Source: Eubacteriales bacterium (GTDB lineage Bacteria > Bacillota > Clostridia > Oscillospirales > CAG-272). From it: a DNA stretch of 64,000 nucleotides. Location: contig JBGUSX010000156.1 in assembly GCA_045132775.1 (NCBI GenBank), positions 3,062 through 67,061 of the forward strand. Reading direction: 5' to 3'. A program made the translations under genes and the position numbers. The notes below the pieces were generated by a model. The model ran no database searches and was not told the DNA's origin. It saw nothing but the letters and a program-made list of their open reading frames with translations. Below, in pieces: positions 1 through 7,918 of this stretch (its first letter is position 1; each line of letters begins with the position of its first letter).

Positions 1-145
1 CTTCGCCCTCGCCGCCAATTCGTTTGCGTGAGTCCCACTTCCCAATTCACGTCTCATTTCCTTTTTCATCCCACTCCCCCACGCCAATCCTCTTGCAAAC
101 GAAGGCGCGCTCGCTTCGCTCGCGCGCGGCTCCGCCGCGCCCACC

Positions 146-179
146 AAAAAATCCGCCGACAAAATCGGCGGATTTTTTT
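146..179. terminator. Bidirectional intrinsic terminator-like hairpin
   Basis: A5 run, then 9-bp stem atccgccga / tcggcggat (151-159 / 165-173), then T6 run. Symmetric A/T flanks. Confidence 0.6.
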
Positions 180-184
180 CAATC

Positions 185-530
185 CTATTCAATCCAATTC
201 AATCCTTTTCTATCCAATTCAACCAAACCCACACAGTAAAGCTTCACCCTCCACCCTCCACTTTCCGCTTTTCCCCCTCGGGGTAGCGAAGCAAGCACAG
301 CCTTCGCTAGTGCCGCGGTAGCGAATGACACCCGCAAAAAAACACTCTCTCCCTCCTCCCCCTCGGGGGACGGCGAGGGGGGAGACGCGAAGCGTCGGGG
401 GGAGTGGGCGGGGGTCGCGGGACGGCTCCACCGCACAAACCCATAAACCACCCTCCGCACCACCAAACATCAAAAAGGGCAACCGCACGCGGTTGCCCTT
501 ATAGCCTTCTCCCCGGGGAGAAGGTGGATT
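185..530. other. GC-rich, hairpin-dense non-coding block (REP-like element cluster)
   Basis: Visibly much more GC-rich than flanking DNA. The 11-mer ccccctcgggg occurs twice (273-283, 358-368), plus ccccgggg inside a 20-bp perfect palindrome ccttctcccc/ggggagaagg (505-524). Further hairpins: tagcgaag..cttcgcta (~284-309) and gacgc-gaa-gcgtc (~384-396). ORFs here are low-complexity Pro/Gly/Arg strings. Confidence 0.5.
472..498 (-). terminator. Intrinsic terminator of the TIR/LRR gene
   Basis: Stem gggcaacc / ggttgccc (477-484 / 491-498), followed on the minus strand by a T5 run (plus-strand aaaaa, 472-476). Lies 64 nt downstream of the stop codon at 562. Confidence 0.65.
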
Positions 531-561
531 TTGCCGCTCACGGAAAAAGACGGATGAGGGG

Positions 562-3500
562 TTATTCCTCCTCGGGAACGTAATTATACACTCTCGTCGC
601 TGATTTCAGATAGTCATTGCTATCTCCGATATTTATCCTACTCCATTGCTCCTCTGTACCCGTGTAAAGCACGGTTTTCAATTTGTCGCAAACACGGAAC
701 GCAGAATCACCAATGCTCGTCACACCTTTACCTATTGTAATGCTCGTAAGGTTTTTACAATTATTGAAAGCGTAAGAGTAAACGCTCGTCACACTGTCAG
801 GAATCACTATGCTCGTTAGGTTTGTACAACTTGAAAACACATAATTGCCAATGTTCGTCACACTGTCGCCTATTTCCACGCTCGTAAGACTGTCGCAATC
901 AAAGAACGCCCGATGACCTATGCTCGTCACGCTGTTGGGGATGTCCACGCTCGTAAGACTGTCGCAATCACAGAACGCCCAATCACCTAAGCTCGTCACA
1001 CTATTTGGTATTACAACACTTTTAATACTACTGCAATCCTCAAAAACCTTATTTCCAATACTAATTATTGGCTTTCCCTTATATATCGCAGGGATTACAA
1101 CATTTGTCCCTGATCCAATGTAATTTACAATAATATATCCACCATTGCCAGAGTCAAAGCCTACTTCAAAATTTAATTCAAATGTTGCGTCTCTTATCTC
1201 TGTACTACATGTTTCAAGTCTTGTTGCGCTATCCTTATAGTCTCCCAGAGCCCCAAACACTACTATTGCCTCGGCATATTTACCTTCGGTCATAAGCGCA
1301 ACTGCCGCGTCGTAACGGATATCCTTGAGCGCAGTATTGCACTCCTCGATCTTCGCCGCACTGTCCTTATAACCGTTCATAGCCTCAAACACAACTATCG
1401 CACTGGCATATTTACCTTCGGTCATAAGCGCAACTGCCGCGTCGTAATCGATATCCTTGAGCGCAGTATTGCACTCCTCAATCTTCGCCGCACTGTCCTT
1501 ATAACCGTCCATCGCCTCAAACGCAGCTATTGCATCGTCGTATTTACCTGCCTCCATAAGAGATATTGCTTTATCGTAATTATAATTAGGAATGACTACT
1601 AATATCAAGGCAAGAACTGCTATAATTGAGCAAACCGCCACAGGGGTTGCTATCAAAACGAACCTCCTGCGTCTCTTTTTCGATATAAGAATTCTCTCTT
1701 GTCTGTTTGCCAGCTTCAAAACGTCTAATCGTTTTTTCTCATCCAAAAGCGTCAGATATTTATTGAATTCAGTCTGCTTTTTTATAAGAATTTTTGTTGA
1801 TGCTAAATCTGCCAAAGAAGCAACCTTGATGTTTGCAAGACATATACCGAGATAAGCATCGGCATATCTTGAATCTGCAGATAAGATAATACGGTAAATG
1901 TATTTCGCCTCATCAAAGAAATTGGACTCCAACATTAGATTCGCGAGCCCGTTAAGCTGTTCTGCAAGCTCCGATATATCACCATTGTAATATCTTACAA
2001 GCTGTTTTGTAAACTCACAAATGTTCTTAGTAACCTTTTCAGACAAGATAAAGCTTAATGTCTGTTTAATGAAATCATCCTGCTCATCATTGGAAGAAAG
2101 CACCGCAAGAAGTCTCTCGATATCCGCAATAAGACAAGTTATTTCTTTATCTTTGGCGATATTCAGGGTAAGAACCGTCTGTAAGGCGAATCTGTTTCCC
2201 TCATCAACCTCGATTATGTTTTTTGCGCACTCCATCTTCTCATCAACCGATGTAGTGTTATCGATGTATTCCGAATTGTAAATGATATACCGATCTACCT
2301 CATCGCTCTCAAGAGATTCAATAACTTTTTTGAAAGCCTCGAAATTACGGCTTTCTTTAACATAAGCAAAAACCGTTGCGACGTTTTCAGTCCTACCTCC
2401 ATACTTGTAAGGAAGAATAATATCTAACATTTTGTTGAATTGCTTTTCGCTCACTCTGCCGCATGTACCGTACAAAGTGTCAAGAACTTCGCAGGCAAAG
2501 TCCTTGTCGGCGCAAGATAAGATCTTTTCAAGCGTTGCAAAATCCTTATCATCAAATGATTCGTAAAAATCGAATCCCGATTTATTGGGATTCTTTTTGT
2601 ATTTGACAAAAAGACTTAGCCACATCGCCTCTGCCGAGGAAGGATTTTCAAACAGTATATTTTTCAAAAGATCCTCTGCATCATGCCATTGATATGCGGC
2701 AATATAGGTTGGAACAAGATCGAGCAATTGCTTTTCATCAATGCTTGTTTCCTTCTCTATCTGACCGATCTCACGGGTGTTTATTGTATGCTTAACCAGC
2801 GTGCTCGCTTTTCTTGTCTTTTGTCCGCCCTTTATCTCGATCTTTTCAAGATGTCTGTTTTCCTCTATAGCCTCTATGACCTTTTTAATATGCTCTGTAA
2901 GATCGGATAAGAACGTAATATCGGCAGCATTCAGGCATTGCCTTGTTCTCAACGATATCGGAAGGTCGGCAGGACTCATATTCTTGTATGCAACTACGAG
3001 AGAATTTTTGTGCTTCTCTCCGGTCTCAATCTTTGCCCTGAACCTGCTCCACTCATTTTTAACCCAGACAGCGTTGAAATACTCAGGCTTTTCACCAAAC
3101 ACGATCATAACCTTTGCGGTTTTAATCGCATTGTATATGTATGGTTCATAATGCTCTGATACCTTATCACGCAAACTGACTCTGCTGAAAAATACGTTGT
3201 ATCCCTCCGCCGTCAAAGCATTATAAAGCTCGTGAGCATCATAACTGTCGTCAGTTCTATCGATGTTATTCTCACGGTCACTGTCTTTAAAACATATAAA
3301 TACGTCATACGGCGGTTCTTTCCTCGCCTTATCAAGCCATTCAACGCGTATTTTTTCAATCTCTGCTGCTTGTTTTTTATATGTCGAGGCAATCTCCTGT
3401 GGTGCAAGCTCAATAGCCGAAATAACGTCCTTGGACTCAAGGAAGGATTCTTCACTTATCGAGTTACACGTGGGTACCTTCTTGTGCTCATTCATATCAT

Positions 3501-3765
3501 TGACGTAAATAATTCCGCCAAGCGCAAGAGCGCGTCCCCAGTATGCTTCATGATTATCCTTTTCTTTGAGGATGATGTTTTCAAATCTTTCAACAGCAGC
3601 CTCAAAGTCACAATCACGAAGAGCCGCCCAGGCATTTGCTCTGTCAACGACATAAATATCGTTACCGACATCTATCTCCCACTTGTTGCCACAAAATTTA
3701 CATACGTAATAATTTCCTGCGCGTTCAAGAACGCCACCGCACGATCTGCAAGTATTAAGCTCCAT
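562..3765 (-). CDS. Zinc-ribbon + TIR-domain transmembrane protein with C-terminal tandem repeats and BspA-type leucine-rich repeats
   Basis: 1067-aa ORF. N-terminal CxxC..CxxC (CRSCGG..CKFCG). TIR-like block at aa ~153-295 ('YDVFICFKDSD...FFSRVSL...MIVFGE...AVWVKNEWSRF'). Long helical region with no P-loop seen. 'KKRRRR' followed by the hydrophobic helix 'FVLIATPVAVCSIIAVLALILVVIP'. 3 x 44-aa repeats. At least 5 phased 23-aa repeats of the form 'IPNSVTSIGxxAFxxCxxLTSV'. RBS aaggga and a consensus promoter lie upstream. Confidence 0.85.
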   Translation of the reverse strand: MELNTCRSCGGVLERAGNYYVCKFCGNKWEIDVGNDIYVVDRANAWAALRDCDFEAAVERFENIILKEKDNHEAYWGRALALGGIIYVNDMNEHKKVPTCNSISEESFLESKDVISAIELAPQEIASTYKKQAAEIEKIRVEWLDKARKEPPYDVFICFKDSDRENNIDRTDDSYDAHELYNALTAEGYNVFFSRVSLRDKVSEHYEPYIYNAIKTAKVMIVFGEKPEYFNAVWVKNEWSRFRAKIETGEKHKNSLVVAYKNMSPADLPISLRTRQCLNAADITFLSDLTEHIKKVIEAIEENRHLEKIEIKGGQKTRKASTLVKHTINTREIGQIEKETSIDEKQLLDLVPTYIAAYQWHDAEDLLKNILFENPSSAEAMWLSLFVKYKKNPNKSGFDFYESFDDKDFATLEKILSCADKDFACEVLDTLYGTCGRVSEKQFNKMLDIILPYKYGGRTENVATVFAYVKESRNFEAFKKVIESLESDEVDRYIIYNSEYIDNTTSVDEKMECAKNIIEVDEGNRFALQTVLTLNIAKDKEITCLIADIERLLAVLSSNDEQDDFIKQTLSFILSEKVTKNICEFTKQLVRYYNGDISELAEQLNGLANLMLESNFFDEAKYIYRIILSADSRYADAYLGICLANIKVASLADLASTKILIKKQTEFNKYLTLLDEKKRLDVLKLANRQERILISKKRRRRFVLIATPVAVCSIIAVLALILVVIPNYNYDKAISLMEAGKYDDAIAAFEAMDGYKDSAAKIEECNTALKDIDYDAAVALMTEGKYASAIVVFEAMNGYKDSAAKIEECNTALKDIRYDAAVALMTEGKYAEAIVVFGALGDYKDSATRLETCSTEIRDATFELNFEVGFDSGNGGYIIVNYIGSGTNVVIPAIYKGKPIISIGNKVFEDCSSIKSVVIPNSVTSLGDWAFCDCDSLTSVDIPNSVTSIGHRAFFDCDSLTSVEIGDSVTNIGNYVFSSCTNLTSIVIPDSVTSVYSYAFNNCKNLTSITIGKGVTSIGDSAFRVCDKLKTVLYTGTEEQWSRINIGDSNDYLKSATRVYNYVPEEE
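646..1100 (-). repeat. In-frame 69-bp (23-aa) periodic LRR repeats
   Basis: The anchor g(c/t)tcgtcac recurs at 715, 784, 853, 922 and 991, exactly 69 bp apart. Confidence 0.85.
1183..1578 (-). repeat. Three in-frame tandem 132-bp (44-aa) repeats
   Basis: Repeat boundaries are at Tyr codons 1314, 1446 and 1578. The tracts ~1277-1399 and ~1409-1531 differ at only a handful of positions. The peptide is 'YDAAVALMTEGKYAxAIVVFEAMxGYKDSAAKIEECNTALKDIx'. Confidence 0.9.
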
Positions 3766-3813
3766 GTCATTTCCCTTCTAAAATATCAATAGGAATAAAA
3801 TACTACATTTTAC

Positions 3814-3842
3814 ATTTTAACACATATATCCCCGCTTGTCAA
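3814..3842 (-). promoter_or_regulatory. Sigma-A-type promoter of the TIR/LRR gene
   Basis: Minus strand: TTGACA (3837-3842), 17-nt spacer, TAAAAT (3814-3819) preceded by TGt (extended -10). Lies ~50 nt upstream of the ATG at 3765. Confidence 0.6.
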
Positions 3843-3947
3843 CATTTTTTGCCATTAAACTAACTTTGAACCAACTATAAACCAACTTTTCCGCACAAAA
3901 ATCCACCAATGCATAAATATCCAAAATCCCCTCGAAATAATGCATAA

Positions 3948-3967
3948 AAAATGTATATATACATTTT
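3948..3967. promoter_or_regulatory. 20-bp perfect palindrome (possible operator)
   Basis: aaaatgtata|tatacatttt. Flanked by the direct repeat aatgcataaa at 3908-3917 and 3939-3948. Confidence 0.3.
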
Positions 3968-3989
3968 CTCTGAAAAAATCACCACTCAT

Positions 3990-4170
3990 AGCAATATAGT
4001 GCAAACTTTCACGGTGTTTCAAGGGAAAATCGCCCCGAAGCCACAAAACATCGCCCTCATCTCAAAAATCAACAAACAAAAACGGGGTGTCACCACCCCG
4101 TTAAAACCGTTATAAATACGTTATTTTCACTATTTTTTCAATTCAATTTCGGCGCTTGCACTATATTGCT
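3990..4170. repeat. 15-bp perfect inverted repeat pair bracketing a terminator (MITE-like or long-range stem)
   Basis: agcaatatagtgcaa (3990-4004) is the exact reverse complement of ttgcactatattgct (4156-4170). Confidence 0.5.
4071..4102 (-). terminator. Intrinsic terminator of the 2-hydroxyacid dehydrogenase operon
   Basis: Stem aacggggtg / caccccgtt with 4-nt loop (4081-4102). On the minus strand it is followed by tttgtttgtt. Confidence 0.7.
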
Positions 4171-4194
4171 GTACCCTCTCGCCAAAAATCAGAA

Positions 4195-5148
4195 TCAAAC
4201 CACTCGGCACCTTTTCTCGCCGCGCAGATATGCCTCGATGTTGAGACAGATCTCCTCGCAGCATCTGACCCTCGCCTCGTACGAGCCCCAAGCCATGTGC
4301 GGCGTGAGAAAGACGTCGTCTCTACCCGCTATCCTGGCAAAAGGATGGTCCTCCGGGAAAGGCTCTTTGGAGTAAACGTCCACTCCAAGACCGCCAAGCC
4401 TGCCCTCAAGAATAGCCTCTGCCAATGCCTCCTCGTCGGTCACAGCACCCCTTGCCACGTTTATGAAAATAGCATCCTTTTTCATCAAAGCTATCCTCTC
4501 GCGGTTGATAAGTCCGCGCGTCCCGTCGTTGAGCGGAGTGTGCACGCTTATGATGTCCGATTCCCTGCAAAGCCTTTCTATATCAACGCATTCTGCGTCC
4601 TCAACAGGTGTCCTTTTATAGACGATAACGCGGCATCCGAGCGCCTCTGCGACCCTCGCCACCTGCTTGCCAATATTACCGTAACCCACGATTCCCCAGG
4701 TCTTTCCGTAGATCTCGTGGTACACGGGAACAAGGATATTTGCACTGCTTCCGCGCGAATAAGTCCCGTCCGCAACTGACCTGTTGTACTCATTAAGATG
4801 GCAGATAAGCGACAAAGCCATAGAAAGAGTCAACTGCGCAACGTTCTGTGTAGAGTAACCGACCACATTGCAGACCGCAATTCCATTCTCGCGGCAGTAT
4901 TCAAGATCGATATTATCATATCCCGTAGCAGTGACACAAACGAGCTTAACCCTTTTGCAATAAGGCAAATTGTGTCTTCCCACCTTGAGCTTGTTTATAA
5001 TGATCACGTCGCTGTCGCCCACGTTATTAACGAACTCGTCCTGCGAGGTCGACTTAAAAACGGTGAGCTTTCCGAACCTTTCAAACATCGAAAGATCAAT
5101 GTCCGAGCCGATCGTAGCGGCATCAAGAAAAACGATATTTAAAGACAT
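4195..5148 (-). CDS. D-isomer-specific 2-hydroxyacid dehydrogenase (glycerate/hydroxypyruvate reductase-like)
   Basis: 317 aa. NAD-binding 'GIVGYGNIGKQVARVAEALGCRVIVY'. Catalytic-domain motifs 'FINVARG' and 'TPHMAWGS'. Confidence 0.85.
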   Translation of the reverse strand: MSLNIVFLDAATIGSDIDLSMFERFGKLTVFKSTSQDEFVNNVGDSDVIIINKLKVGRHNLPYCKRVKLVCVTATGYDNIDLEYCRENGIAVCNVVGYSTQNVAQLTLSMALSLICHLNEYNRSVADGTYSRGSSANILVPVYHEIYGKTWGIVGYGNIGKQVARVAEALGCRVIVYKRTPVEDAECVDIERLCRESDIISVHTPLNDGTRGLINRERIALMKKDAIFINVARGAVTDEEALAEAILEGRLGGLGVDVYSKEPFPEDHPFARIAGRDDVFLTPHMAWGSYEARVRCCEEICLNIEAYLRGEKRCRVV

Positions 5149-5357
5149 TATGCCTCCTCCGCCTGCGCTTCTTCTGCCTCTTCTTCAGCCTCGATCTCCG
5201 CATATTTTTCTTCAAGAATAGCGGTTATTTCAGCCTCGATCTCGGCTTCTTTTTTCTTTTCCTCGTCAAGCTTTTTCTTAATTACCAAAGCCGCCGCGCC
5301 GACCGCGCATGCAGCGGCAACAAATCCTAAAGTCTTGAAAACATTACACTTTTTCAT
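5148..5357 (-). CDS. Small membrane-anchored acidic protein
   Basis: 69 aa. N-terminal hydrophobic helix 'LGFVAAACAVGAAALVI' followed by a Glu/Lys/Ala-rich tail. Its stop overlaps the downstream ATG (TAATG), suggesting translational coupling. Confidence 0.5.
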   Translation of the reverse strand: MKKCNVFKTLGFVAAACAVGAAALVIKKKLDEEKKKEAEIEAEITAILEEKYAEIEAEEEAEEAQAEEA

Positions 5358-5383
5358 CTATGGTCTCCAAACAAATTGTTAAA

Positions 5384-6799
5384 TTAGATCTTAAAACCGA
5401 AGTAATTTACCGCGTTGTAAAGCGAGATCCTCTCAACGATCTCCGCCGCTGCATCATAGTCGGGATAGAGTCCCTTCTCTACCCAATTTCCTATTATGTT
5501 ACAAAGGATCCTGCGGAAATATTCGTGTCTGGGGTAGGACATAAAGCTTCTCGAATCGGTGAGCATTCCAAGGAAATTGCCAAGAGAAGCAAGGTTTGCA
5601 AAGCTCTTCATCTGCGCTTCCATGCCGTCGATGTTGTCATTGAACCACCAGCCGCTGCCCTGAACAACTGTGGGAGTGTTGCTTCCGTCGCCGCGGCAAA
5701 AGCTTCCGCAAAGAGTACCGACCGCCGCGTTGTCCGCAGGGTTAATAGGGTAAATTATAGTCTTGGGGAGAGCGTCGTTTTCCTGGAGATAGTTAAGGAG
5801 AGATGCCATATCCGCAATGCAGTTCTGCGCGTGAATGGTGTCGTAACCCGAGTCGGGACCGAGCTTTGCGAACATAGTTTTGTTAGGGTTACGGAGTACA
5901 CCGTAGTGAAGCTGAAGGATCCAGCCGCGCTTTACGTATTCGAGACCGAAGAATCTCATCATTTGAGTCTTCCAAAGCGCAAGCTCGTCCTCTGTTATCT
6001 CCGCGCCGTCTGTAGCAAGCGCCTTTTTGAATATCTCGTTTGCGTGATATACGTCGGGCTTTGCAAAAGGAATGTAGTTATCCATTCCGTGATCTGCGGT
6101 CTTACATCCGAGAGCTTCGAAACGGTCAAGAGAAACAAGATAAGCCTTGCAAAGAGAGTCGTAATCGGTGATTTCAATTCCCGTGCTCTTGCCGAGGTTG
6201 GCAATGTATGCAACAATTCCCTTTCTCTCGATATTGAGACCCTTGTCGGGACGGAATGCGGGAAGAACCTGAACCTCAAATCCCGACTCCTTGATCTCTT
6301 TGTGGTAATGGAGATCGTCTGCAGGATCGTCGGTCGTGCAAACGAGCTTTACACCGGAATTTTTGATGTAATCTCTTGCACCCCAGTTGTCCTTTGCGAT
6401 CTTTTCGCGTGTGATATTCCAGATAGCCTCGCAATTTGCGCTGTTGATTGTTAGCTCGCAGTCAAAATATCTGCGAAGCTCAAGATGGCTCCAGTGATAA
6501 ACGGGGTTGCCGATAAGAAGAGGCATAATGCGGCAGTACTCGCTGAATTTTTCGAAATCAGACGCGTCACCCGTGATGTACTTCTCGTCAACACCGCAGG
6601 AGCGCATAGCTCTCCACTTGTAGTGGTCTGCGTAAAGCCAAAGCTCTGTAATGTTTGTGAATTTCTTATTCTCTGCAATCTCCGCAGGAACAAGGTGACA
6701 GTGGTAGTCGATTATTGGCAGTTTTGCCGCGTGCTCCTCGTAAAGCTTTGTCGCCGTAGGAGTTTCAAGAAGAAAGTCCTTATCCATAAATTTTTTCAT
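5384..6799 (-). CDS. uxaC: Glucuronate isomerase
   Basis: 'FMDKDFLLETPTAxxLYEEHAAKLPIIDYHCHL' is a typical UxaC N-terminus. Start moved to the ATG at 6799, which has a GGAGG RBS 7 nt upstream. Confidence 0.9.
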   Translation of the reverse strand: MKKFMDKDFLLETPTATKLYEEHAAKLPIIDYHCHLVPAEIAENKKFTNITELWLYADHYKWRAMRSCGVDEKYITGDASDFEKFSEYCRIMPLLIGNPVYHWSHLELRRYFDCELTINSANCEAIWNITREKIAKDNWGARDYIKNSGVKLVCTTDDPADDLHYHKEIKESGFEVQVLPAFRPDKGLNIERKGIVAYIANLGKSTGIEITDYDSLCKAYLVSLDRFEALGCKTADHGMDNYIPFAKPDVYHANEIFKKALATDGAEITEDELALWKTQMMRFFGLEYVKRGWILQLHYGVLRNPNKTMFAKLGPDSGYDTIHAQNCIADMASLLNYLQENDALPKTIIYPINPADNAAVGTLCGSFCRGDGSNTPTVVQGSGWWFNDNIDGMEAQMKSFANLASLGNFLGMLTDSRSFMSYPRHEYFRRILCNIIGNWVEKGLYPDYDAAAEIVERISLYNAVNYFGFKI

Positions 6800-7075
6800 A
6801 ATTAAACCTCCGTTTTTGAAGTGAAATTTCATTACTGTATTATTTTAGCACATTTTTAAAACATTTTCAATGGATAAATCTCATTTTTGCAATAAAAAAT
6901 AGCACTTTTGAGTTTTTTTACGAACAAAAACTGTAAATCACATGCACTGTTTCGTCAAGGACGGACAAACACATTTCAACCTAAATCCAAATACATTACA
7001 AAATTTTAAAAAACTATATACAAATCGGCAAAAATGTGGTAAAATGGAGTTTGAATACGAAAATGTGAGGCAATT

Positions 7076-7900
7076 ATGTTTAAATGCGATTATCATACAC
7101 ACACTCATTTCTCTTTTGATGGGACGGGAACGCCTGACGAGCTTTGCGAAGCGGCGATCGCGCGCGGGGTCACCGACCTTGCGATAACCGATCACTTCGA
7201 ATGCAACTGGCGAGCAGAGGCGGCATATCCCCCCTTTGATGCGGAGGCGCATTACAAGGCTATTATATCCGCCAAAGAGAAATACAAAAGCAAGCTCAAT
7301 CTTTCTTACGGCATCGAGATCGGTCAGTACGATCAGTACCCCGAGGAGGCTAATAATCTGCTGAAAAAATACGATTTTGATTTTATTATCGGCTCACTAC
7401 ACAATCTCCGCGGTGCACTTGACTTTTACTATTGGGATTTCAACGCTATCTTCCGCGATATGAATCCGTCTTATCTCGGACACACGTTTGAGAAATACAT
7501 TGACGAGCTATGCGAGATAGTTGACACCTTTGACGGAGTTGACACTATCGCGCATCTGACTTACATGTCACGTTACTGCGCGATCTCGGGCAATCATTAC
7601 GATTTCACAAAGCACGCACAAAAAGCTGAAGAGCTTTTCAAAAAAATGATCGCAAAGGAAATTGCACTTGAGGTCAACGTCTCTACTCTTTGGAAAGGGC
7701 TTGGATTTGCTCTTCCCGACCGTGATTTCCTCTCTATTTACCGTGAATGCGGCGGACGATTGGTTACAGTCGGTACCGATTCGCACGGTGCAGCCCAAAT
7801 AGGCGAATGCATTGACGAAGGCTTTTCTCTTCTCCGTTCCGTTGGACTTAACGATATTTTAGTTGTAAGAAACGGCAAAAAAACAGTTATAAAAATCTGA
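7076..7900 (+). CDS. PHP-domain phosphoesterase (HisJ-family histidinol-phosphatase-like)
   Basis: 274 aa. 'MFKCDYHTHTHFSFDG' His-rich metal motif, 'ITDHFE', 'GSLH', 'VGTDSHG'. Confidence 0.8.
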   Translation: MFKCDYHTHTHFSFDGTGTPDELCEAAIARGVTDLAITDHFECNWRAEAAYPPFDAEAHYKAIISAKEKYKSKLNLSYGIEIGQYDQYPEEANNLLKKYDFDFIIGSLHNLRGALDFYYWDFNAIFRDMNPSYLGHTFEKYIDELCEIVDTFDGVDTIAHLTYMSRYCAISGNHYDFTKHAQKAEELFKKMIAKEIALEVNVSTLWKGLGFALPDRDFLSIYRECGGRLVTVGTDSHGAAQIGECIDEGFSLLRSVGLNDILVVRNGKKTVIKI

Positions 7901-7918
7901 ATTTCGAAAGGACGAAAA

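Noticed and set aside
24-488. Four 71-97-aa ORFs on both strands inside the GC-rich block
   Set aside because: The translations are low-complexity Pro/Arg/Gly strings. There is no RBS, and the ORFs overlap one another and the hairpins. Open frames are expected by chance in GC-rich DNA, so this was treated as non-coding.
1183-1578. Tandem repeats as a possible CRISPR array or satellite
   Set aside because: The repeats are contiguous with no unique spacers, have a 132-bp period (a multiple of 3), and lie in frame within a long ORF encoding a sensible 44-aa helical repeat. No cas genes are present in the window.
5360-6454. 364-aa plus-strand ORF
   Set aside because: It is fully antisense to uxaC, whose product has unmistakable glucuronate isomerase motifs. 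The antisense ORF has no recognisable motifs. The same reasoning applies to 4156-4779 (+), which is antisense to the dehydrogenase.
7076-7900. Calling the PHP gene hisJ/hisK (histidinol-phosphate phosphatase) outright
   Set aside because: Only the generic PHP metal-binding motifs can be seen, and no other histidine-biosynthesis genes are nearby. It is kept as a family-level call with no gene symbol.
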